Source of the DNA: Ascidiella aspersa
Lineage: Eukaryota
Reading direction: 5' to 3'
Assembly: GCA_963924565.1 (NCBI GenBank)
Contig: OZ004615.1
Span: 16,492,001 to 16,556,000 of the forward strand
Length of the DNA stretch: 64,000 bases
Numbering within the stretch: the stretch's first letter is position 1; each line of letters opens with the position of its first letter. The notes below the pieces were generated by a model that saw only the letters and a program-made list of their open reading frames with translations, had not been told where the DNA came from and searched no databases. Positions 52,645 to 64,000 of the stretch are shown here, piece after piece. A program made the translations under genes and the position numbers.

Positions 52645-54115
52645 GTTTGTTTGAGCATGGTAATAACGTAACTTTTATCGGTTCGGTTTGCGATCCGTTT
52701 TGTCCACAATATAGGAATCGAAATAAAATGGCAAATATAGGACATACCGAAACATGAACATTAAAAAAATAACCGTTTACTTTAAAAACCAAAAAACCGT
52801 AATGGATGCCGAGCAACCAGCATTGTATGAACATCGGCGCTTGTGTGGCACAGCGAAAACAATTGTGACATATTTTCAATATTCCATTGTGTTTTTATAG
52901 GCATAGGCAATATTGATTTAAATCACATATTGTAGCAAATTATTTCCAAGACGTATATTGTCCTGTCATCGAATAACCTTCAATAGGTGGAATAGGTGCA
53001 ATGGTTACTATGGATGGGGTGACCCGCTTCATGAGAGAGATATAGTCGATTATATTTGAGAAAGTGTCAATTAATTTTAGCTCGTTGTATCAGCGAGTGG
53101 TGATTGTTGCTCGTATCATAGCAAGTGCGGCAGAATGAACAGAATAGCAGCGACTCAAATAAATACAGAGATTTGAAGTTTTATAATAGACTTTGGGGAG
53201 AAATGTGACAGCTAGAATATTATAGCCCACATTTGTAAAATTAAGCCGGAACGGGCATCAATTATTCTACTCGAACGCCGTTCTGGTACGAAATTTCGGC
53301 AGGTACACTGTAAAACTAAATGTTTTTGTTTCAGACCATGTCTCTATTTCACCAGACCATTTGCCATCGCTTTGAGTGTGTTTAGCCTATGAATTGATTT
53401 GCATACTATAATATCAAAGGATAACCTCAGATTTCTTAAGTTTGTTTGTTCCGAACGTCCCATTGTGACGTCTGAACGTCCCAACGTACAACAATTTTAA
53501 CCTTTTAAATTCAAAATAGTTTTTCGTACGACGAATTTCGTAGATATGCTTAACTAAAAAAGTTTTTTGAGGTATGGAATCGTGACCTTTTTACTGATTC
53601 CGTGATTCCGTTCCTGCAGAACAAGTGTTTAGGGTGAAAAAATAACGAAGGCCATCGCGCGAAAGCCGATATCGTCTCACCAAGTCTCCGCTGCATCAAT
53701 TATTTATCCGCAAACTTTCCTGCGTGCTTGGCCCTATACGCGAATGCCTATGGCCGACCGGCAGCCACAAAGCGCAACTTCATTGCTGAGTTTGTCGTTA
53801 ACGGTTTAATTTCAAACTTTCAAGAGATGACCAATTATATATTTGCGAGTCAAATGGCAAACGAATAAATGGCGGTTGGTCGATATTTGCTGGGTATATT
53901 ATCACGAACGATTAGAAATAGGCTACAAATAAAAATAAAAAGCAGTCTTAAATGTTCAGATCAGGCAGTTTTTAGTAACTTAAATAAATAAAAGTCATAT
54001 GTTATTGTACAAAATCTGCCAACGTTTCAACCTGTGGCTTATTTGCGTTTCTTGTTTTTAGATTAATTTTCATACCATTCTGTCACAACATGTCATAAAC
54101 TTAGTGTATTGGAAA

Positions 54116-57100
54116 ATGGTCGATTTTGTGATGAAAAAGCGTCGACTGAAGAGACTGCTGTTGTGCATTGGAATGCTAAGCTCGATTGTCGGTTTGGTCG
54201 GAACAGTCGTTGTTTCGGTGGAAATGACAAAGTACCAGATATCGGCATGGAACGTGCGAACGTATTTGGGTGAGAAATGTGAAGGTTGCATTTTTGTACG
54301 TGACTCACAAAAACAAGCTTTTATTATTTGCAAAAGAGTAATGCAACTCAATAGCCAGCAACGTTTGAGGGCCTAAGCCCTAAATAATAAACGCATTTAC
54401 ACGTGTAATAATTTATAACTGAATTTTTAGTATGTTTAAAACCCTTAAAAATGCAGTTCTTAGGGATCCCTTAGTAGTAACTAAAATAGTTATAATGTAT
54501 AACTAATAAATAAAACTTTTCGTTCTGCAAAACAGCTTATTAAAACAAAAAGCAATAAATATTATAATTGAAAAGTATGATATTTCATTTACGCATTTCC
54601 TTTATCAATTGCTTCTCTTTTATTTGCAATTGTATCTTTAAATGTCCTATTTTTCTTTCAAATTCTTGGATTTGTTTTTTTTTCAGGCATAGGGCTGCTG
54701 TCAGTTAGTTTTTTCGTGATGTGGATTGTGTTCATCTACTCCGCTGTAACGTCGAGGCAATTTTCTATCGGACCGATGGCGGTGTGCAGCAATTGTCTTT
54801 ACGCCATGATTGGTGCGTATATAGTTGTCACACTGCTTTTTCGTTGAATTTTAATGTCTTGGTATGCTAGGCTTATACCTTTACTCGTTTTAGCGAGCGC
54901 TCTTGGAATGTATTATTTATGAGGCATTCGTAAAACGGTGCATGTTGTAGGCAGAACAAGCCACCTCACCATTTGACCTGACGACCTTGACAATTTGCAA
55001 GTAATTCACCAAGTCCTTTTATAATAAATGTAAAGAAATATCAAAAGCAAAAAAAAACACGAAATAATAAAATTGCGAGTAGCTTTTATGTTAAATCAGC
55101 TTACTGGCGATAAAACCTGCAACAAAATGCTAACAAAATTAAAAGACAACTCTGAAATCCTTAAGTTCACACCTGTTTAGCATTCGTGTTGTTTTGTTGA
55201 CCTAAAAACAAGCCGGAGCGAATATTTAGAAGTGTTTCCGCACATACTAAGACTTATAGCACCTAGATTGTTGTATCCACAACAGGTGCATCGCTGGTGA
55301 TAGTGGCTCACGTCCTGCCGGTGGGAACCATGTTCGCATTCTCACTTGGACCTGCTCCGAGATCGTCATTTCAGAGCCTGGATCCTGGCTACAGAGACTC
55401 GCCGTTAGCCGACTCATCAAATATTAATTGGCGCGTTAACGCTTCAGGTGGGCAAACTGTACTAAAAAATTATGCTTGGGGTAGCTTATAATCAGGTACA
55501 GTTTATACAGAGTCGAAAGGAATAGTATTTTGTTTAAAGTAACCTTGTAACCGATCTATGGCATTTAAAAAATGGCATTTGAAATATATTATCCTACACT
55601 ACTAAATATTTTAATTTATGTTTGTCACGAATGTTATAGTGTCAACTTATGCGGTACCAAACATATAATTATAACAGACTTCTTTGGAAAAATTATACAT
55701 CAATGTCGTGGGCCCCAAACAAGAGATATCAATATTTGACTGTATCGTAGTGAATATCGATTCTGTAAATATTGATGCAATAAAAATGTGTTAAACATCC
55801 TTGGAAGCCGGTGTATAATATTTTAATTTTCGTGTGCCAAAGCACTACCCGATTTTTTTTATTTTTTTACTTAAAAACATAATTGTATATGTTATAAACC
55901 TAGAAAAATCAGGCGTTTGTGATCATTAGAAAGCCTGAGACAGGGCTTTCTAGTCCGCTACCGCATTTAAATTATTAAACTTTTCGGCGACCTTTCGGCA
56001 TTTTTAAGAAGATAATTTCTCGTTGTCAATCTATAGGCTACATGCTTAAAGTAAAATTGGTGCCGTCCCACTTGCGTTACGACACATAAACCCATTGCGC
56101 GATTCCTTGTAAGGTTACGACCTCCAGTTTAGGAAGGCTTAAATAAATTATTATTACTTAACATTCGTCAGTAACTCTACGTTAAACTATAGTTTGGGCT
56201 TTAATCATCTCACTGTTGTTAGAAATATCCAAAAAAACAACAACAATATTTTGAGAAAATATCGGTCCCCATTGTTATGGTTGAAAATTAATTCGGCCGA
56301 TCAATGAATTTTGTCATGTTAATCAGGAGACAATGATATCGATATTGAGATCGAATCGATTGACGTCATTTGGCGTCGTGTCACCACGTTCGGTTGGATT
56401 CTGTTTGGGTCTGGTGCTGGAAGCGCTCTGGCAACGTTGACCATATTCTGCAGGTGATTTCTGTGTGTGACAATAACGTACAGCAGTGTTATATGGTAAG
56501 CTGTCGTTAACCTTATATTTGCTGATAACAAAGAGAAGAATATTATAAAGAATCATAACCCCAAATCTTGAATTTGTATAAAAAAAAATGTGTAATGTGC
56601 CCCCGGAACAATTCTTGATTGATAGTTTAAACGTTTGACGCATAAAACTGTTTGTATTGTCATTACTGCATTGTAAAACAGGCCAGTTTAAAGTACGACA
56701 TGCTGATTTCCATTCTTTTACTTTATGGCCAAGTTTATTTTACCTTATCTCGGACAAGTTTCCTAGCCCTATCCTTCATACTCAAATTCGTTTAGCAAAC
56801 GATAAACGTTTATTCCTTCTCATTTTTTCAGGCTCTACTCGAAACATCGTGTGGAAGAGAAACGTGAATTGGAACGACGCAAGCTGTCAACGGTTGTCGT
56901 CGACACTTGGAAACAGAAACAAAAATCAGCGTAATATATTACTGTTGTAAACACGTCATCCTGCAGTCAAGTATAATACGTAAAATAACTGAAGTACAAG
57001 TGCAGTCTGCAATTCCAAGTCAAGTCATTTGTTCAAGAGACTTAAGTCAAGTCAAGTCATTTTGCCTAAAATAATTGAGCCAGGTCAAGTGTTTTGAAAA

Positions 57101-57835
57101 CATTAACTTCAGTGCATTCAAGCGAAATCTTTAACTTAAAATCATTACAATACTTAAATAGACAGCTCGCCAATTCGGACACCGAAGAACTGGAATCCCT
57201 GTTCTCAGGCACAAACTGATTGGGAAATGTTTATTTCCATGCCTTTAATCCGGATATCCATTTATCCGAATCCGACACAGAAATCTTGGAACAAATGCGC
57301 TTGATCAAAACGAATACAATTGTCGATTAATTATCTACACATGGTATTAAAGCAGAATTCATGTTTTAACTTATTCGACAGTCTTCTTTATTGAATATAA
57401 ATCCGTTTGAGTTTAAAATCCGGTGACGCCACTAAACTCATATTTTATAATTTAAAAAAGTGGTGCAGATTAACGAAGATTCAATGTATTGCTCAGCTAC
57501 TTTACCCGGAACCAACGTGAATACGAAGGTTTTTTTTGCCGCTTTTTAATTATTTACTTTATAGGTGCATCATGCTATGACATGATGGATTAAAGAAAAC
57601 CAGTGGAATGAAGCACAAGCAGCTGTTAACGACCACTTTTATATTATATTTGGAATTGTGTTTTTGTCGCAGAAGAGTTTCGGTCTACGACTACACCGCA
57701 TGGGACAACAGGACCAAGGATTTGTTCAGGGAGAAAAACAGAGCGAGTGGCAACGTTAGCGACGGGGAAACAAACGGACGCAAAGCGGGTCTTTCCACTC
57801 TGGAAAGCGCCACTTCGTTCATTAAGGTCGGTTAA
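54116..57835 (+). CDS. Unrecognised four-transmembrane protein, 6 exons, ~276 aa
   Basis: Exons 54116-54269, 54687-54812, 55286-55447, 56327-56453, 56832-56930 and 57673-57835 total 831 nt, phase-consistent with GT-AG. Four hydrophobic segments are followed by a charged tail. The last exon is less certain. Confidence 0.75.
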
Positions 57836-58559
57836 GTCTACGCCAGCGCCGTGAGGCTTTAGGCTCATCTTAGCTAAATTCGCTGTTCTATATTATAACC
57901 AAAAAATGACTTCGTGTTAAATCGACTTTCAGCCCATGAACACAAGAAGAGTGGCTAAACCCAATGTATCGTTATATTTGTTGTGTAAAGGCTATAATCC
58001 ACGTATAGTAGTTTTGCTTCTGTGATTTAAGATGAGGTAGAATAAATTTCATTGACAAAAATCCTTTTTATTGTTTTGTTCTCTATTTAACTTTCCTAAA
58101 AATTTGGCTGGTTGCCCCGATAGTTTGAACACATTGGGTCAAGTTTTACGAAAATTCTTTTTAAAACGCCCATAAGGCATTTTTTAACCACACAGGAAGG
58201 AACTACAAACCTCTTATTGTAGCCTAATTACCAGTCACAACTGTTCGCCATTACTAAATGTGCGCATGCCGTTGTATATTTTAGACTGCTGTCAGATTTC
58301 CCAAGTCGCCCGGCAAAGAACTTCACTTGATAGGAAATCACAGTCGAATTGGATCCCAGAGCGGTCCAACATTTTACGGTAGCGATTTGTCGCAATAAAA
58401 TTTTAAGAAAAATGAAAACTCTTATGTGATGTTTTTGTGCATGGGCAAGACAGAAAGACTTTTCGTTTGTATGGTTTATACTGAAAAAAAAATAATTTGT
58501 AGGACGTTATGCATATTGGGTATTTTAATAGCAGTTCTAAAGATGATTTTGGAAATCGT

Positions 58560-59050
58560 CCACGTAGAAAAGGCAACTGGCAAAAGAGCAATATTTCAGC
58601 TCAAAAATTAGAAAGGATACGTTTTTAAACAACATCCTCTGTAGAAATGTTTAAATTCTTCGTATTTTAAACCCATACGCGATATTATCAGAAATAAAAT
58701 ATATAACACGGCGCCTTGGTGCCCAAAACATTGCCATAATGTAAAATTAGTACAAAACGAGGAATATCCGCGCGAAGCGCGAAATTTTTTTAATTACACA
58801 CAGTTTAAGTTGGCAAAAAATATAGTTCGACAGGCTCCAAGGACCATATTTGGCACGTTCCAAGCTGAGCCAATTAGAAAATAATATTCCACACCAACTT
58901 TTAAAATAAAGTGCAATGAATGTAGGCTACGAGTATTACGCGGCCCACAACTACTTTATAACACTTTGCTATTCAAAAGTAACTCGCGGCCCACTAAAAA
59001 TCACTCTGCGGCCCACATTTGGGCCGCGGCCCACAGTTTGCCGACCACTG
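58560..59050. mobile_element. hAT-type MITE right portion
   Basis: Repeated GCGGCCCAC sub-terminal motifs and terminus GTTTGCCGACCACTG. Left boundary not resolved. Confidence 0.65.
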
Positions 59051-59341
59051 GGTTGGAAAATGGGTTAGGGTTGAAATTATTAGAGGAGTTAGTGATGTAT
59101 GCCTACTTAGCGTTGGGGTTTGGGTAGGCCTACCATGTGTCCTCCTTTAGGAGGATTTGTCCTCTTTTCTCAAGAAAAGTGAGTGGTCCTCCGAGGACGC
59201 TTAAAAATGCTCCAAATGTCGTCTTTTTTAAACATTGTTGCAAACCCTGCGCCAGAAAAATTGCAACTGAACCTCACGTGGAAAAAGGCCCATTAATAAA
59301 GCAACGGCGTGAGTTTTGCATAGCCTACTATCAGCGTTACT

Positions 59342-60060
59342 GTATGGTTCTTAGCAGCCATACAGGTAGTTCTCAGCAGATGCTTTGATTTATTCATTTC
59401 AATGATATTTCGTGTAAACAATTTTACGATCTCGTTAAAAATGATCATTCCTAATTGGAAAAAGTTAACGGGACCGCAAAGTATTCACGCAAAGTATTAA
59501 CATCATCAAACTCAAACGTAAGAATTCTACTTCGTTTTACTTATGGTACCGGCAAAAATGTCTTCTTTTGGATGCTGAAAAAATGGTAGCCCTAGGTTTG
59601 GGGTTATGTCAAATGTTGTTTATGTCTCAGGTATTAGTCCTCTTTTGGTCTTATTCCGAACTGTGTTTTATTCCGACGTTGATATTGCCTTTGTTTTGGT
59701 CTTATGTCTTATGGTTGGGTATCCTATTTTCTCTTAATTTCTTTTGCGCCAGATTTCACAACGTTTATATAGCAAGTTTTACAAAAAATGTTAAATTTAA
59801 ACGTATGTATAAAGCACATACTCAGAAACAAGGGCGTACATTGTGTTACCTTTAAATGCGGGTCCAGAAGATATGTCGCTCAAAGTTTTGCCTAGTTGTA
59901 ATTATAAAAATGCAGATATTATAAAAAATGCAGATAACGCTGCCGTGTGTAACATGATCGCCTGTAAATTAAAAGTTTGGCAAACTAAATGTGCTTCAAG
60001 CGATGTAGGCCTATTCTGTTTAAAATTAAACATATAGGAGTATAATGGCGAACTTCATTG
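59342..60060. repeat. Direct repeat copy 1 (matches 63282-64000)
   Basis: No difference seen over 719 bp at offset 3940; the ORF track gives identical translations. Confidence 0.95.
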
Positions 60061-62093
60061 TAGTCTGACGTCACTTATCACATATTTTACGACGTAATAA
60101 GTTGTTTTCTGTGTATATTGCTATTGCTATATCACAATCTCTGGAATATGCACAGTCATGTTATGTAAGCAGCAACTGCCATAGATTTATTATATCGATG
60201 CTATATTGATATTCTATATTTGGGGAACATAGCCTCACACCACGTAAACATGGTTAGAAAAAATGTAGACTAAACTCGTTCGAAAAGGATATTTCATGGC
60301 ATAAAATGCCTTATATTTCGTCATAATCACCTGATCTAGCTGATTGCGTTTACTAGCTACAGCTGCGTTTCGTTCTAACTTTCTAGCAGTGGTCAAAACA
60401 AATTTACAAATGAATTTCGCGTTAGTATTTTTTCTCGGGTTCTGCTTCTTGAAAGACAGCACGCAAAGGTAAGCATTATTGTAATTTATGCAGTTCACTT
60501 TATAAGTGACATAATTAAAATTAACTAGGTTTGTTTGCGTGTTTACAAGTAGGCTAAATTGCAGTTAAAAAAACTAAAAAAACTTTGACCTTATAAAGTT
60601 TGATTTGGCGCTAATAACCTACCTTGCACCTTGCATAGACAGCTGAATCGCATATAGTAGGGGTTCCCAACCTATAGGAGCCATGGCATTAAAAAATGAA
60701 TAGACAGTGAAAGTTTACAAGCATGGCATACAGTTTTTCCGGGGCTCTTTTCATTTGGTAGGTAGAAATTAATGCAAAAACGCATACCGCAACTCACATT
60801 ATTTGGGTTTAGGTATCGGTCGGCGTTGGGGTATGGGTTAGTCAAGTATTATTATATTTAATAATGCCTAACCTAAATAATGTGCATTGCGGTATGCGAT
60901 GTTTGTAGACCGTACCTTTTATTTGTTTTTGCTTTACTTTCTTCACGTACAAATAGAAAGAGACCCGTTTTTCCTATAATGTGCAAACTTAAGGCAACAT
61001 ATGATTTCCAAAGGTGTGTTGTCTATTTAAGTACCGGTACAGAAACGATCTGTTTCAGCACTTACCTGCTGATTAACACTGTTTATCGTACAAGTGACAA
61101 ACTTTACTGATTTATTTTACCAATGATAAAATCCCTTTGTCGGTTAAGTAAATGATCGAGCAGTGTGGAAACTATGACAAGCAATTTTTTAGGTAATATG
61201 TAATATTGATATTTTTAATAGATTGACGTAAATAAATGGCGCAAATCAGGGCCGGATTAACCAATAGGCTAATAAGGCTATAGCCTTAGGCCCTGGAAAA
61301 ATTCGCCCCCAATTTTTTGAGGGTAAATTTTTGTAAGACTGATGGTGATACAGATCTAGTACTGGTACAGGATAGTTTTTGCTTAAAAACGAATGACAGA
61401 GTCCAGAGTGGAGTCAATAACTGCCTTGTGTGTGAGTACATAAATAAATCGTGTTATTTATGCTGCAAACGAGTTAAGAACTATCTATGTTCTGTGTTAT
61501 CACTTTTAAGGAGAACACAAAATACAACCTAAAAAGAAACAATAACAAAAGCAGAAAAATCTTTAAACCCATATTATTAAGACCAATGACACAATAAAGC
61601 CAAATACGCAGATTTTTTACTGCCCAGTACAGAATAAAATCAAAATCGTCTGATTAAGACTTAAATCTGTCAAAATTCGTCCTAAATTCATCGTAATATT
61701 GCCTAAATGGCCAAAATAACGCCTGAAAGTGTAGGGAGAGGGTATGGGTCGATCGGCCGCCGCTGTTTTTGCATTGGATTTTTGGCCCTGTTTGGGGTTA
61801 TTGGTGGTTAATGGGCGGGGTAAGAAAATGGGTAGGGGTTAAAATTATTAGGGGAGTTAGTGATGTACTTAGGGGTGAGGGTTGAGGTCAGGTAAAGTGT
61901 TGTGTAGCCTGATTCTGGCCATTTAGGTCTTATTCTGACGGGTTTTGGACTTATTTAGGTATTGGTCTTATTTTGTCCTTATTCAGAAGTGTGTTTTATT
62001 GCGACGTTGATGTTGTTTTTATTTTCGACTTATGACTGAAGTCACTTTTAAGCATAGATAGTGATTCTGTTAGAGGTTTGAATGTTTTCATAA

Positions 62094-62290
62094 GGTTGAT
62101 TCACACTAGACGCGCCTGGCGTTGACGTTAAACGTTTTAAAAAAAACGCTTTCGGTTGAGGAAGTTGAAACAGTTCAACTTTGACGCTTTCGGTTAGGGG
62201 CGAGGAAATTTGCCGTTGACGCTGGCAGTGTAAACTGGACGTTGTACGCCAGACGCCAATGCTAAAAGCAAAACGCGTCTAGTGTGAACC
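62094..62290. mobile_element. PIF/Harbinger-like MITE
   Basis: Inverted termini TTCACACTAGACGCG...CGCGTCTAGTGTGAA. Confidence 0.7.
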
Positions 62291-63281
62291 AAAACGTATA
62301 CGTATGGTAAGAAAATTGTAATTTTAAATATAGGCCACATTGTAATAGGGAAGATGTGGGACCAGGAGGTCATAGGGACCAGTGACGCGGTAGCTTTCCT
62401 ATTTCCATTTAAAATAGATATTTGAAGATTTGAAAGAATAAAACGATTTTTGAGGCAAAAAAGTAAAATCGTGTCATCGAATAGAATTTGTTTGAGAGGT
62501 CATTGGGAAGCCACGGTCATAACTCTCTAGCTAGGTCGTAGTTTGCAAAACCCAACTACACATGTGTCTTCATTTATAAAATTTGCCTGTTAACTTAAAT
62601 TTGTGATTTTAATTATGACCTTTCTTGTAACGTATCGTAACACATTTTTCTGACACGTTGTTTGATTTACTCGCAAGTAGGGATGTTCAAAGTAGAACAT
62701 TGTATCCTTTTATTACGTTTTATCGCAAAGTTTTACGCCTAATCGTACGTTTGCGAGTGGCAAGATTGGGTAAAGGCCTGTCGCTGTGGCGAAACAATTA
62801 CTGTGCTGCTAGTGCTTTATATATGTAGCCATACATGTGGTGCGGCGTCAGCGTTTTTTCGGGCAGCCAATTACTTGACGATAACCTTCGCCTAATCTTT
62901 AAGTTTCTGTCAAATGCTGCTGGGAAAGCAACTAACTTGTAATGCCTGGTGCAGAGATTTCCCAATTTCCTTAAAGAGTTTGCAAATGAACATTCCATCA
63001 TGAAACGCGCAAGGTATGCTACGGGGTTACTTAAGGTCAACTTTTAGGCCAATATTCAGCTATAGGTAATGCACAGCGTATTTGGCGAATAATAGTAACG
63101 CATTGTTAAAATAAAAATCTAGGAATCATCTCAACGAATGTAGTGACAAAACAGATCGAATACAAAAAATACCTCGGCGGAGTCCAAAAACAAGGTTTGC
63201 ACCGACTAACTAAGTTAGTTTAATTTAAAATGACTAAATTGTTAAATAAATTAGAGTTTAAACGCTGTGGTATGTTGAAGG

Positions 63282-64000
63282 GTATGGTTCTTAGCAGCCA
63301 TACAGGTAGTTCTCAGCAGATGCTTTGATTTATTCATTTCAATGATATTTCGTGTAAACAATTTTACGATCTCGTTAAAAATGATCATTCCTAATTGGAA
63401 AAAGTTAACGGGACCGCAAAGTATTCACGCAAAGTATTAACATCATCAAACTCAAACGTAAGAATTCTACTTCGTTTTACTTATGGTACCGGCAAAAATG
63501 TCTTCTTTTGGATGCTGAAAAAATGGTAGCCCTAGGTTTGGGGTTATGTCAAATGTTGTTTATGTCTCAGGTATTAGTCCTCTTTTGGTCTTATTCCGAA
63601 CTGTGTTTTATTCCGACGTTGATATTGCCTTTGTTTTGGTCTTATGTCTTATGGTTGGGTATCCTATTTTCTCTTAATTTCTTTTGCGCCAGATTTCACA
63701 ACGTTTATATAGCAAGTTTTACAAAAAATGTTAAATTTAAACGTATGTATAAAGCACATACTCAGAAACAAGGGCGTACATTGTGTTACCTTTAAATGCG
63801 GGTCCAGAAGATATGTCGCTCAAAGTTTTGCCTAGTTGTAATTATAAAAATGCAGATATTATAAAAAATGCAGATAACGCTGCCGTGTGTAACATGATCG
63901 CCTGTAAATTAAAAGTTTGGCAAACTAAATGTGCTTCAAGCGATGTAGGCCTATTCTGTTTAAAATTAAACATATAGGAGTATAATGGCGAACTTCATTG
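63282..64000. repeat. Direct repeat copy 2 (runs off the window end)
   Basis: Identical to 59342-60060. Confidence 0.95.

Noticed and set aside
57162-57330. Alternative exon with TGA readthrough (SDTEELE...*...SDTEILE)
   Set aside because: It abuts a MITE end, has a weak acceptor, and contains CCGAATCCGA/CGGATATCC repeat-like motifs. The 57673 exon completes the gene without it.
59568-59855. 95-aa hydrophobic ORF (also at 63508-63795)
   Set aside because: Non-ATG start; the hydrophobicity comes from a T-rich CTTATT dispersed repeat; the recurrence is due to the duplication.
62798-63040. THAP or transposase fragment (LCTRHY)
   Set aside because: Only a short motif resemblance, with no other THAP or DDE residues.

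Overview
AT-rich, intron-rich animal genomic DNA with canonical GT-AG introns and dense non-autonomous DNA transposons. Gene content and style suggest a marine invertebrate deuterostome, possibly an ascidian, but this is inference only. The left 27.6 kb is a recent ~14.2-kb tandem duplication (junction at 13363/13364). Each unit holds a 9-exon CYP2-clan cytochrome P450 (- strand), the last exons of an SLC22 transporter (+) and the last two exons of a cytosolic sulfotransferase (-). The right-hand P450 copy has a +1 frameshift in exon 6, and the two copies differ at residues in predicted substrate-recognition sites. Further right lie: the full 7-exon sulfotransferase; an orphan terminal exon ending in RDEL; a multi-exon signal-peptide + JmjC/cupin-8 + EF-hand gene (-) divergently paired with an intronless SAM methyltransferase (+); a deleted Gypsy-like LTR element; an unrecognised 4-TM protein gene (+); and a second, apparently identical direct repeat running off the right end. 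The best candidate for an undescribed system is this physically linked oxidase/sulfotransferase/methyltransferase/transporter neighbourhood. Exon models were assembled by hand from splice signals and frame continuity.
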